Below the pieces are notes generated by a model that was not told where the DNA came from, searched no databases, and saw nothing but the letters and a program-made list of their open reading frames with translations. Shown here one piece after another: positions 1 through 8,130 of a DNA stretch of 32,000 nt. Origin of the DNA: an uncultured archaeon (GTDB lineage Archaea > Iainarchaeota > Iainarchaeia > Iainarchaeales > CSSED10-239). A program made the translations under genes and the position numbers. The stretch covers positions 7,721 to 39,720 of the forward strand of contig CAZCAP010000005.1 of the NCBI GenBank assembly GCA_964496765.1. Reading direction: 5' to 3'. How positions within the stretch are numbered: the stretch's first letter is position 1; each line of letters opens with the position of its first letter.

Positions 1-6
1 ATTAAT

Positions 7-222
7 ATGAAATTTAGAATAATTATTGAACAAGATGAAGATAATATATTTGTTGCAGAATGTCCTAATCTTCCTGGTGTTGTTTCACAGGGGAGGACAA
101 GAGATGAAGCAATAAAAAATGTAACTGATGCTATCAAAGGTTATCTTGCAAGTCTTAAAAAGCATAATGAACCAATCCCTACTCCAATAACAGAAGAAGT
201 GGTAGTAGATGTATATGCATGA
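7..222 (+). CDS. hicB: HicB-family antitoxin (UPF0150-like)
   Basis: 71-aa ORF. 'FRIIIEQDEDNIFVAECPNLPGVVSQGRTRDEAIKNVTDAIKGYL' matches the HicB/UPF0150 signature. It overlaps the downstream HicA-like ORF by 14 nt. Confidence 0.75.
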   Translation: MKFRIIIEQDEDNIFVAECPNLPGVVSQGRTRDEAIKNVTDAIKGYLASLKKHNEPIPTPITEEVVVDVYA

Positions 223-439
223 ACTACCAACTATTTCTGGAATCGAGCTTATTAAAATATTTTCAAAGATTGGTTATGAAGTTGATCACCAAACAGGGAG
301 TCATTTTATATTAAGACAACCAAAAGAACCATATAGAAGATTAACAATTCCTAATCACAAAATAATTGCAAAAGGAACATTAAGGGCTATAATTAGAGAA
401 TCTGGATTAACTAAAAATGAATTTTTAGAGCTCTTTTAA
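209..439 (+). CDS. hicA: HicA-family mRNA interferase toxin
   Basis: 76-aa ORF with 'GYEVDHQTGSHFILR...LTIPNHKIIAKGTLRAIIRESGLTKNEFLELF', the typical HicA/YcfA pattern (GSH..., ...P.H..l..GTL..I). Translationally coupled to hicB. Confidence 0.75.
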   Translation: MYMHELPTISGIELIKIFSKIGYEVDHQTGSHFILRQPKEPYRRLTIPNHKIIAKGTLRAIIRESGLTKNEFLELF

Positions 440-442
440 TAG

Positions 443-1543
443 TTAGTTCCATTTCCTTAGGAATTCTTTTTCAAATTCTTTATATTTACCTTTCTTGATT
501 GCATCTCTTGCATCCTCAACTAGTCTTTGCATGAATCTTATATTATGTATTGATGCAAGTATCTTATAGTTTGGTTCATCAAGCCTATAAAGATGATGAA
601 GATATGCTAAAGTATGAGTCTTGCAAACATAGCAATCACATTCTTTATCTGGAACTTCAAAGTTATGCTTAAATGAGCCTTTCGTGATGTTTAGTTGACC
701 AGACCTTGTAAAAAGAACCCCATGACGAGCCATCTTGGTTGGATAAATAGAATCAAAACAATCTACGCCTTTACCAATGCACCTAACAACATCCTCTGGT
801 GAACCAACTCCCATCAAATATTTTATTTTATTTTCTGAAAGATGTGCAAGAGAATAATCAATTGCTTTGTACATTTTATCTTTGGATTCCCCAAGAGCAA
901 GCCCACCAATAGCAACCCCATCAAAAGGAAGAGAATTAATTGCTTTTGCACACTTTTCTCTTAGGTCTTTATATGTTCCACCCTGAACAATTCCAAACAA
1001 TAATTGCTTTTTGTTTTTATGAGCAAGAACAGCTCTCTTTGCCCAATCAATAGTAATATCAACTGCTTCCTTGTATTCTTTCTTTGGTTTGTTTGCATCA
1101 ATCATATCATCTAAGATCATTGCAATATCCGATCCAATCTTGTTTTGAATTTCAATTAACTTCTCTGGAGACATGAAAACCTTTTCCTTTGAAAAAGGAT
1201 TCTTAAACCACACTCCTTTTTTATCAAGAGAAATAAAGAACTGAGGATCCTTAAGTTGGAAACCACCACTATCTGTAAAGATTGGTTTATTCCAATTAAT
1301 GAACCTATGGTATCCACCTATTTTTTCAAGAGTTTCAATTCCTGGCTTAAGAGATAGAATATATCCATTTGAAATAAACACTTGAGTATTAAGATCATTA
1401 AGATCTTTAAAGGTTAGATATTTTCCTGCTCCCTTTGTTACAACAGGCATGAAGAAAGGAGTAGCAAGTGTTCCATGAGCAGTTCTAAGCTCACCAGATC
1501 TTGCTTTTGTTTTTTTATCCCTGTGTTTGATTGTAAATCCCAT
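443..1543 (-). CDS. tgt: tRNA-guanine transglycosylase, catalytic domain only, bacterial/eukaryal queuine type by motifs
   Basis: 366 aa. Motifs seen: 'FTDSGGFQ', 'LFGIVQGGTYKDLR', 'FDGVAIGGLALGE', 'YLMGVGSPED', Zn site 'CDCYVC...HNIRF'. It is collinear with bacterial Tgt over the full length and has no C-terminal PUA-type extension. Confidence 0.85.
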   Translation of the reverse strand: MGFTIKHRDKKTKARSGELRTAHGTLATPFFMPVVTKGAGKYLTFKDLNDLNTQVFISNGYILSLKPGIETLEKIGGYHRFINWNKPIFTDSGGFQLKDPQFFISLDKKGVWFKNPFSKEKVFMSPEKLIEIQNKIGSDIAMILDDMIDANKPKKEYKEAVDITIDWAKRAVLAHKNKKQLLFGIVQGGTYKDLREKCAKAINSLPFDGVAIGGLALGESKDKMYKAIDYSLAHLSENKIKYLMGVGSPEDVVRCIGKGVDCFDSIYPTKMARHGVLFTRSGQLNITKGSFKHNFEVPDKECDCYVCKTHTLAYLHHLYRLDEPNYKILASIHNIRFMQRLVEDARDAIKKGKYKEFEKEFLRKWN

Positions 1544-1552
1544 TATATCTCC

Positions 1553-2410
1553 TCAAAAGAAAATGAATTTACCAAACAAAAGAACAATAACTAGTCCAAG
1601 GAAAATGTATGGTCCAAACCTTGGAAGAAAATCATATATTGGAATTGATTTAATTCCTTTCATCTTTTTTATATGTTTAATGTCTGATTCTTCAAGTATG
1701 CTTTTTCCTTTTAGCTTGAGCTTAGTTAGAAGAGCTTTCTTAATAAAATCAAGAGCAAGAACATCCCCATCCTCAAGCTCAGATATTTTTTTATTTTTTA
1801 AATAAATATACTTTCTTACTTCAGGTTCAAAAACCATTAATTTTAATCCTAGCAAGATTGGAATTAATATTAAAAAATACAACCAGGATTCATGGAACTT
1901 TGAAACAAACAAATAAACAAAGACAAAGAAGATAATAAAGATAACTAGAGACTTTAAAACAACCATTTTTCTTTTTAACCAAATCTTTAGCATCCCTTTA
2001 AACTTTAATTTTTGTTTTAATCTATATAAATAAGAAACTGAAACAAAAAGAACAGATAATAATGATGCAATTATTAGTAACCAGAGAATAACTACTTGTC
2101 CAAGGTAATAGGGAATAACTAAGTGTATTCCTATGAAAAGCTTAATGTCTCCTCCTCCAAGCTTACCATGTTTGTACATGAAATAACCAATTACGTATAT
2201 TAAGATTCCAATAAAGATAACAGTTAACAGATAGCTTAAACCTAGGTGAATAGGAGAAAGAAAAGCTTCATAAACAAGAATAAGCAAACCAATAACAACA
2301 AGAGGATAGGTTAACCAATTCTGAATTAATCCTGTTTTATAATCTGTGTAGGCAGCAATACCGCAGGCAATAACAACAAGAACAATCTTTAAAATCAATA
2401 TATCAAACAT
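1553..2410 (-). CDS. A24-family prepilin/preflagellin (archaellin) signal peptidase-like membrane protein
   Basis: Polytopic hydrophobic 285-aa ORF. First Asp motif is 'AAYTDYKTGLI', second is 'LGGGDIKLF', and the terminal motif 'PRFGPYIFLG' is present. Confidence 0.6.
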   Translation of the reverse strand: MFDILILKIVLVVIACGIAAYTDYKTGLIQNWLTYPLVVIGLLILVYEAFLSPIHLGLSYLLTVIFIGILIYVIGYFMYKHGKLGGGDIKLFIGIHLVIPYYLGQVVILWLLIIASLLSVLFVSVSYLYRLKQKLKFKGMLKIWLKRKMVVLKSLVIFIIFFVFVYLFVSKFHESWLYFLILIPILLGLKLMVFEPEVRKYIYLKNKKISELEDGDVLALDFIKKALLTKLKLKGKSILEESDIKHIKKMKGIKSIPIYDFLPRFGPYIFLGLVIVLLFGKFIFF

Positions 2411-2413
2411 TAT

Positions 2414-3820
2414 TTATCTTCCTTTCATGGTCTTTGCCATTTCTTCTAATTGCTTTGGATCCATGTTCTCAAGCTTGGACATATCAAACTTTCCACCCAT
2501 CATCTTCTTCATCATTCCCTGCATGTCCTTTCCACCAGGCCCACCCATCTGCTTGAACATTTTTTTCATTTTCTTAACATGAGTTATTAAGTCCTTAACA
2601 TCCTCAAAGGGTTTACCTGAGCCCTTTGCAATTCTTTCTATTCTTGATCTTGTTAAAAAAGAAGTGTCTGAATTAAGTTCCTCTCTTGTAAATGAACTAA
2701 GTATGATTCTATAGGCATCCATTTTCTTTTGACCAAGATTCATTTGATCATTTGAAACCTTTCCTCCAACTCCTAGAAGATTCATAACCTTAGAAAAAGG
2801 ACCCAGCTTTCTAGCAGCTGCAAGTTGTTTCTTAAAAAGAGCAAAAGTAAACTCACCCTTCATCATTGCCTCAGGATCCATATCCTCTAATTCTTCTTCC
2901 TTTGATAGCTCTGTTATTTTTTCAACTAATGTTTCAAGATCACCAAAACCAAGTATTCTTGATAAATATCTATTTGCATCAAACACTTCAAAGTCATCAG
3001 GTTTTTCTCCTGTTCCAATAAAATAGATAGGTGAGTGGGTTATGTAACAAGCAGTTAATGCTCCACCACCCTTTGCTGAACCATCAAGCTTAGTAATTAT
3101 AACACCCTGAACCCCAACAGCCTTATTAAAGTGCTCTGCCTGGTCCTTTGCAGCCTGACCAATGTCTGCAGAAATAACCAAAAAAGAATGCTTTGGTTTG
3201 AAAACAGAATAAATTTCTTTAAGTTCTGTAACTAGTTCATCATCAAGCGCACTTCTTCCTGCTGAATCAACAATTACAAGAGCAACTCCATTTTTTTTCA
3301 TGAAAGCTAGTCCTTCCTCAGTTACTTTCTTTGCTGAGGTTTCATTCTTGTTACCATAGAAAGGAACATCCACCTGCTTTGAAAGTTGAAGAAGTTGTTC
3401 ATAGGCAGCTGGTCTATAGGTGTCTGCACAAATAACTCCAACCTTGATTCCTCTTTTCTTATAAAACTTAGCAAGCTTTGAGGCACTGGTTGTTTTACCT
3501 GAACCAAACAACCCACATAAAAGAATGGATTCTGGGTTTTCAGGAAGTTCTTTCTTTTCTTCCTCTCCACCCATGTACTTTAATATAACATTATAGCAGG
3601 TCTTAATTAGGTGTTCTTTTCTTGAAACACCTTCAGGTACGTTTTCAAAAGCTTCAGTTTCTATTTCTTTTGATATTTTTAGAACAAGTTGCACATTAAC
3701 ATCTGAAGAGATTAATGCTCTTTGTATTTCTTTAATAACTTCTTTAATTAATTCCTTATCCACATGAACAGAATTCTTAATTCTATCAAGTGCATCACGA
3801 ATTTTGTCTGAGAAACCCAT
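2414..3820 (-). CDS. srp54: Signal recognition particle protein SRP54
   Basis: 468 aa. N-domain, then the GTPase motifs 'GLFGSGKTT', 'DTYRPAA', 'DSAGR', 'TKLDG', then a Met-rich M domain ('MQGMMKKMMGG'). Confidence 0.95.
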   Translation of the reverse strand: MGFSDKIRDALDRIKNSVHVDKELIKEVIKEIQRALISSDVNVQLVLKISKEIETEAFENVPEGVSRKEHLIKTCYNVILKYMGGEEEKKELPENPESILLCGLFGSGKTTSASKLAKFYKKRGIKVGVICADTYRPAAYEQLLQLSKQVDVPFYGNKNETSAKKVTEEGLAFMKKNGVALVIVDSAGRSALDDELVTELKEIYSVFKPKHSFLVISADIGQAAKDQAEHFNKAVGVQGVIITKLDGSAKGGGALTACYITHSPIYFIGTGEKPDDFEVFDANRYLSRILGFGDLETLVEKITELSKEEELEDMDPEAMMKGEFTFALFKKQLAAARKLGPFSKVMNLLGVGGKVSNDQMNLGQKKMDAYRIILSSFTREELNSDTSFLTRSRIERIAKGSGKPFEDVKDLITHVKKMKKMFKQMGGPGGKDMQGMMKKMMGGKFDMSKLENMDPKQLEEMAKTMKGR

Positions 3821-3922
3821 ACTTGTTTACACCCTTATACTAATATATTATATATAAGGGAAATAAATATAAATGGAACATTAGTATATAAAGAAGTAAA
3901 TATTATAGGAACTTTAAGATGC

Positions 3923-3930
3923 TTTATAAA
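3923..3930 (+). promoter_or_regulatory. TATA-box-like TTTATAAA upstream of the small-ORF operon
   Basis: Palindromic TTTATAAA about 60 nt upstream of the ATG at 3991. An AGGAG Shine-Dalgarno motif lies at 3978-3982. Confidence 0.35.
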
Positions 3931-3990
3931 TCTAATTATAGGTAATATATTTATTAAGTTAAAAGCTAAACTTAAAAGGAGATAAAGATT

Positions 3991-4149
3991 ATGGGATATA
4001 CATCTTTACTTGGAGAGCTTAAGAGAACTAATACAGGTAAAAGTTTGAGTTCAAGAAGAAGAGAACCAAAAGAAGATAGTGATAAGGAAACAAAAGACAG
4101 ACTTCAAAATGAAAGATTAGCGTTACTTAAAAAATATTATAAAAAATAA
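3991..4149 (+). CDS. Small basic protein (52 aa), hypothetical; paralog of 4477..4632
   Basis: ATG preceded by AAAGGAGAT. Sequence MGYTSLLGELKRTNTGKSLSSRRREPKEDSDKETKDRLQNERLALLKKYYKK. The C-terminus LLKKYYKK is shared with the ORF at 4477. Too short to appear in the supplied ORF track. Confidence 0.4.
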   Translation: MGYTSLLGELKRTNTGKSLSSRRREPKEDSDKETKDRLQNERLALLKKYYKK

Positions 4150-4166
4150 TCAAAAGAGGGATCAGA

Positions 4167-4448
4167 ATGGCTGGAGATTTAGATATTTTAGTTGAGGGTA
4201 AATTATTATCATTAAGACTTAGAGAACTTGAGCATAGAATAAAAGCTAAAGAAGCTACTAATAAAGATGTTATTGAATACAAATTGAAACTGAAAAGAAA
4301 AAATGAGCTAGAAGGAAGAATACAAGAAGAAATGAAGAGAAGAATGAAGAAGAAAGTTGTGAATGCAACCAAGAAAGAAATTAAAAAGCTTGGGGAACAA
4401 AGAATGAAAACATTAAAAGAACACTTCAAGCCAAGAAGACCATTATAA
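4167..4448 (+). CDS. Hypothetical K/R/E-rich coiled-coil-like protein (93 aa)
   Basis: ORF-track entry with GAGGG upstream. The competing antisense ORF 4127..4429 is low-complexity S/F/L-rich and looks spurious. Confidence 0.45.
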   Translation: MAGDLDILVEGKLLSLRLRELEHRIKAKEATNKDVIEYKLKLKRKNELEGRIQEEMKRRMKKKVVNATKKEIKKLGEQRMKTLKEHFKPRRPL

Positions 4449-4476
4449 ATAATTAAAAGGAATGTGAAAATAAATT

Positions 4477-4632
4477 ATGGATAATTCATCATCTATATTA
4501 CAAAAATACAAATCAACCTATAAGAAAAAGGAAGAGCCTAAGGAAGAAATAATCACTGATCCTGAAAAAAGAAGATTAGAAAAACTAGCAAAGGAAAGAG
4601 ATTCCCTTCTAAGAAAATATTATAAAAAGTGA
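4477..4632 (+). CDS. Small basic protein (51 aa), hypothetical; paralog of 3991..4149
   Basis: Sequence MDNSSSILQKYKSTYKKKEEPKEEIITDPEKRRLEKLAKERDSLLRKYYKK. It ends in LLRKYYKK, and the 3' nucleotide sequence is visibly homologous to the 3991 ORF. Confidence 0.4.
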   Translation: MDNSSSILQKYKSTYKKKEEPKEEIITDPEKRRLEKLAKERDSLLRKYYKK

Positions 4633-4636
4633 ATAC

Positions 4637-4795
4637 ATGCCTACTAAACCAAAACCAACAATAAAAATCAAGAATCCAGAGCTAATTAATCTGCTTGCTA
4701 GGAAAGAAGTTAATCATCATCATGAGATAACATATGTGCAAAAAAAGATAATTAAAAATCTTCCACAGAACTTCTTTAAGAAAAATAAATTATAG
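4637..4795 (+). CDS. Small basic protein (52 aa), hypothetical
   Basis: ATG preceded by GTGA. Sequence MPTKPKPTIKIKNPELINLLARKEVNHHHEITYVQKKIIKNLPQNFFKKNKL. It starts 5 nt after the previous stop. Its 3' end overlaps the convergent ORF 4790..5413 by 6 nt. Confidence 0.3.
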   Translation: MPTKPKPTIKIKNPELINLLARKEVNHHHEITYVQKKIIKNLPQNFFKKNKL

Positions 4796-5413
4796 AACCT
4801 TTAGTTTTCTTGGTTTAACTTTTTTAACTAAACTAGTTTTTGGAAATTTAATGGATTTTGTTTTTCTAGCAAGATTACAATTATTTAAAATAGATGTTAC
4901 TCTTTCTTTTTTGAAGTTAAGAACTCCTTCTTTTGTAAAGTATCTATCCCTTATTGGATTATATAGATCTAATTCTTTTCTTAGATGATCTTTTGAATAT
5001 GCATATTTCTTTTCTGGATGATTAATAATAGTAGCATACATTTCTTTTAAGAATGGAATTTTTTCACAAGTAAAAGAACAGCCCTTCTTTAGAAGAGGAA
5101 TAGAAGAAAAGATTAGTGCTTCTAAGAGTATGTTTCTATTTTCCTTTGTTTTAATCAGGCTAGTTCCAACTCTTTGAATATATTGGACATCTATTCTCTT
5201 ATCTGCAACCCCAAACTTGATTACTTCCTGTGGTTCGTTTTTGTGGTTTAATGTGATTATTGCTTCATTGAGTTTTGCAGAGTCCTTAAATCCATCAAAA
5301 TTAAAAGTAAATTCTCTATGTGCTTGTATTTTAAAATCAGAAGGTAAATTTATTTTTGAAAGACTACCAAGTATGGTTTTCATGTTTTGTTTAATAATAG
5401 TTGTTCTTTGCAT
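4790..5413 (-). CDS. Hypothetical protein (207 aa)
   Basis: Long ORF in the dominant orientation immediately downstream of ftsY. I recognise no motif. Confidence 0.5.
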   Translation of the reverse strand: MQRTTIIKQNMKTILGSLSKINLPSDFKIQAHREFTFNFDGFKDSAKLNEAIITLNHKNEPQEVIKFGVADKRIDVQYIQRVGTSLIKTKENRNILLEALIFSSIPLLKKGCSFTCEKIPFLKEMYATIINHPEKKYAYSKDHLRKELDLYNPIRDRYFTKEGVLNFKKERVTSILNNCNLARKTKSIKFPKTSLVKKVKPRKLKVL

Positions 5414-5432
5414 AATTATTACAATTAAATTT

Positions 5433-6890
5433 TTATACTATTCTTTCAATTATATACTCAGGAGAGAACTTTTCAATATCATTATACTCCTGACCAGTTC
5501 CTATATAGAAAATTGGTTTCTTGAGCTCGTTTAATATGGATATTGCAACACCACCCTTTGGATCTGTGTCTATTTTAGTTAGAATAACTCCAGTTACTCC
5601 AATGTCCTTATCAAACTTCCTAACCTGATCAACAATTGCTTGGCCAGACTGGGATTCTCCAATATAAATGGTTAGCTGTGGCTTAACAACTCTTTTTATT
5701 TTTTGTAGTTCCTGCATAAGATTAATATTTGTTTCCTGTCTTCCAGCAGTATCAATTAGAACCACATCCGCCTTGTTTGCTTTTGCAGAAGTGACAGCAT
5801 CAAATGCAACAGCAGCAGGATCAGAACCATAGTTTTGCTTAATAACCTTAATTCCAAGTCTGGATGCATGAACTTCAAGTTGATCGATGGCACCTGCTCT
5901 GAAGGTATCAGAGGATGCAAGGAACACAAGCTTACCTTGTTTTTTATAGAGGTTTGCAAACTTAGAAATGGTTGTTGTTTTTCCTGCTCCATTAGGACCA
6001 ATAAACATAATCACTAGTGGTTCATTATCTTCTTTTTTAATATAATTATTAATCTCACAATCAATATTCAATTGTTCACTAAGACTAACCTTTATTTCTT
6101 TTTTAATATCCTCAAGAAGATTAGATTTTGTGAACTTTGCATTTGAAAGCTTAAGCTTAAGATCTTCGACAATTGCATGACTTGCATCAAGTGAAACATC
6201 TGCCTCCAGAAGGGATATTTCAAAATCATCTAAAAAATCTTTAATTTCCTTTTCTGATAAAGAAACCTTAGAAACGAATAATCCTTTAATGGTTGTAAAA
6301 ACTCCAGTTTTTACTTTCTCTGGTTTTCTATCCTTAAGTTCTTCATATCTTTCAGAATAAATAGGTTCTTCAATTTTTATTGTTTTTAGTTCTTCATCTT
6401 CAACTTCTTCTTTGATTTTTTCAATCTCTTTTTCTATTTCTTTTTTTATTGGAAGAGATTCTATCTTTGGAGAAATTGGTTTAATGGGTTCAGTTATAAT
6501 TGGTTTTGGTTCTATTTTTTCCTGTTTGAAAACCTCAACAGGTTCTATTGAAGGTTCTGGTTTGTTTTCCTTGAATTGTTCAAGCTCTTTTGCAAGATCC
6601 CTATCAAAGGCATCTAATTCTTCTTCCTTTGAAGTACTAGATGGAATTTTTGGAATTGATTGTCCAAGTTTATCTGCAACCACTTCTTTCGGAATGTCTG
6701 CAACTACTGGAACATCTGGAACTTCTTCTTTTGCAACAGGTTTTTCTTGTTCCTGAACAGGTGTTTGAATTGGAGGTACTTGTTCTTGGATCTTTGATTC
6801 TTCATCTTTGGTTTCTTCAACCTTTTCTTGACCCTTACCAAAAATCTTACTTGTAAATTCTTTAAATTTATTTTTTAATAATCCAAACAT
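5433..6890 (-). CDS. ftsY: Signal recognition particle receptor FtsY
   Basis: 485 aa. Acidic E/K/P-rich N-terminal region, then the NG domain with 'GPNGAGKTT', 'DTFRAGA', 'DTAGR', 'TKIDT'. Confidence 0.95.
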   Translation of the reverse strand: MFGLLKNKFKEFTSKIFGKGQEKVEETKDEESKIQEQVPPIQTPVQEQEKPVAKEEVPDVPVVADIPKEVVADKLGQSIPKIPSSTSKEEELDAFDRDLAKELEQFKENKPEPSIEPVEVFKQEKIEPKPIITEPIKPISPKIESLPIKKEIEKEIEKIKEEVEDEELKTIKIEEPIYSERYEELKDRKPEKVKTGVFTTIKGLFVSKVSLSEKEIKDFLDDFEISLLEADVSLDASHAIVEDLKLKLSNAKFTKSNLLEDIKKEIKVSLSEQLNIDCEINNYIKKEDNEPLVIMFIGPNGAGKTTTISKFANLYKKQGKLVFLASSDTFRAGAIDQLEVHASRLGIKVIKQNYGSDPAAVAFDAVTSAKANKADVVLIDTAGRQETNINLMQELQKIKRVVKPQLTIYIGESQSGQAIVDQVRKFDKDIGVTGVILTKIDTDPKGGVAISILNELKKPIFYIGTGQEYNDIEKFSPEYIIERIV

Positions 6891-6928
6891 AAAAGAAAAC
6901 CTCTATAAAAATAAAAATAGGAAAAAAA

Positions 6929-6950
6929 GATATTAAATCTAATTAATATC
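6929..6950 (-). terminator. 8-bp hairpin overlapping the prefoldin stop codon, followed by a T-rich tract on the minus strand
   Basis: gatattaa/ttaatatc arms at 6929-6936 and 6943-6950 with a 6-nt loop. The minus-strand sequence downstream is tcttttttt-cctatttttattttt. Confidence 0.25.
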
Positions 6951-7439
6951 TGTTTCTGCAACTGCTGATTTTGACTTTGCTTCTTGCTTAGCAAGCTCAT
7001 TTAATGCATAGGAGAAGGTATTAAGTGTTTTTAGTGTTTGATTATAATTAAGCATGAACTCACTTCTTAATTTGTTTAATTCATTTTCCCTATTTCCAAT
7101 GTCCTTGATAATAACATCAAGATTCTTATCAATCATTATATTTCCTGGAAGAGTAATCTTTGCATGAGTCTTGTTTGCCACATTGCACTCTACAAGTATT
7201 CCTGCTCCAATGTTTATTAGGATACTGTCGTTTGATTTACTATTTTTAATTTCATCAAGAGTAGATTTTGCTCTAATTATTTCTGTAAGTAAAGTTTCAA
7301 CTTCTTTAATCTTAGAAGTTACTTTATTTAGTTCCTGTTCTTTATTTTTATACAAAGAAATAGTTTGATTCTTATTTAATTTAACAGTTCTTGAACCAGT
7401 TACCTTTGCATTATGTTCTTTTTTTTCCATAAACATCAC
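6939..7439 (-). CDS. pfdA: Prefoldin alpha subunit
   Basis: 166-aa coiled-coil protein with a central beta-hairpin region, 'ILINIGAGILVECNV...AKITLPGNIMIDKNL'. It occupies the canonical position between aIF6 and FtsY. Confidence 0.75.
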   Translation of the reverse strand: MMFMEKKEHNAKVTGSRTVKLNKNQTISLYKNKEQELNKVTSKIKEVETLLTEIIRAKSTLDEIKNSKSNDSILINIGAGILVECNVANKTHAKITLPGNIMIDKNLDVIIKDIGNRENELNKLRSEFMLNYNQTLKTLNTFSYALNELAKQEAKSKSAVAETDIN

Positions 7440-7446
7440 CTATAAA

Positions 7447-8130
7447 TTATAAAACAAATTCGCCTTCAAACCCAAGTGCAATCTCATCAACCTTCATAAG
7501 CTCTATGTTACTGGTTAGTGAACCAACAACAATTGCATTCTTGTTTGAAATTAAATCATTACCAACAAATGAATCACCATAGTTAAGAGTGGTTGCAATA
7601 CCTATGACTCCAAACTTAGTTTTTAATTCACCAAACTCTGTTTTTTTAATACTTGGATTAACTAGAAAAAAATTATCATTAACATAGAGAGATGATCCAG
7701 GAAGATCAAGACCAACACAGGTCTTTGCTTCAACAGGAACATTAAAGAATTTAGATATTTCTTTAACACTCTCCTTTGAAAGAAGTGGACTTGCAATCCC
7801 ATATTTTGAGTTTATTGCAAGGAGATTTCCAAGCGCATTATAATCTTTAATTAGCTTAACTTTAATCCCTTCTTTTTCAAGAATCTCAAGTTCCTTTGGA
7901 TAAATTGAATCTTCTCCAACAACAATTTTGTTTTTTACACACTTTAGATAAACACCTATAAGTGGAGATTGATTAATTTCTAGCTTAATTATCTTTGTAT
8001 TAAGAACATTAGATATAATCTTTTCTTCCTTAGGAAGAATATTATGGGGAACTAGGCAGAAATCATCTGTACAAATAGAATTCACTCCCAAATAGGGAGA
8101 ACTACATATAAACGATTTTATTAATCTCAT
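7447..8130 (-). CDS. eif6: Translation initiation factor 6 (aIF6)
   Basis: 227 aa with the pentein-repeat pattern ('SPYLGVNSICTDDFCLVP', 'SPLIGVYL', 'ALGNLLAINSKYGIASP', 'FVGNDLISNKNAIVVG'). There is a 4-nt overlap with the L31e gene. Confidence 0.9.
   Translation of the reverse strand: MRLIKSFICSSPYLGVNSICTDDFCLVPHNILPKEEKIISNVLNTKIIKLEINQSPLIGVYLKCVKNKIVVGEDSIYPKELEILEKEGIKVKLIKDYNALGNLLAINSKYGIASPLLSKESVKEISKFFNVPVEAKTCVGLDLPGSSLYVNDNFFLVNPSIKKTEFGELKTKFGVIGIATTLNYGDSFVGNDLISNKNAIVVGSLTSNIELMKVDEIALGFEGEFVL

Noticed and set aside
1527-1805. 92-aa plus-strand ORF overlapping the tgt start and the A24 peptidase-like gene
   Set aside because: It is antisense to two supported genes. The same reasoning applies to other embedded track ORFs. 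These are 3322..3570, 5217..5534, 5756..6001, 5835..6017, 6412..6756, 6641..6856, 7171..7368, 11313..11513, 11449..11643, 13587..13859, 13957..14196, 14818..15000 and 14991..15179. The remainder are 15480..15695, 17034..17219, 18940..19140, 19702..19938, 21733..21966, 22785..22979, 26605..26838, 27181..27363, 30016..30294, 30538..30825 and 31518..31700.
3832-3860. 8-bp inverted repeat CCCTTATA...TATAAGGG just upstream of the srp54 start
   Set aside because: It may be regulatory, but it is short, has a 13-nt A/T loop, and sits within a divergent promoter region where TATA-like palindromes are expected. That is not enough evidence to call a feature.
4127-4429. 100-aa minus-strand ORF, antisense to the 93-aa ORF
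   Set aside because: It is a low-complexity S/F/L/I-rich translation, typical of the antisense frame of a K/E-rich gene. It has no SD motif. The plus-strand ORF fits an operon with its neighbours.
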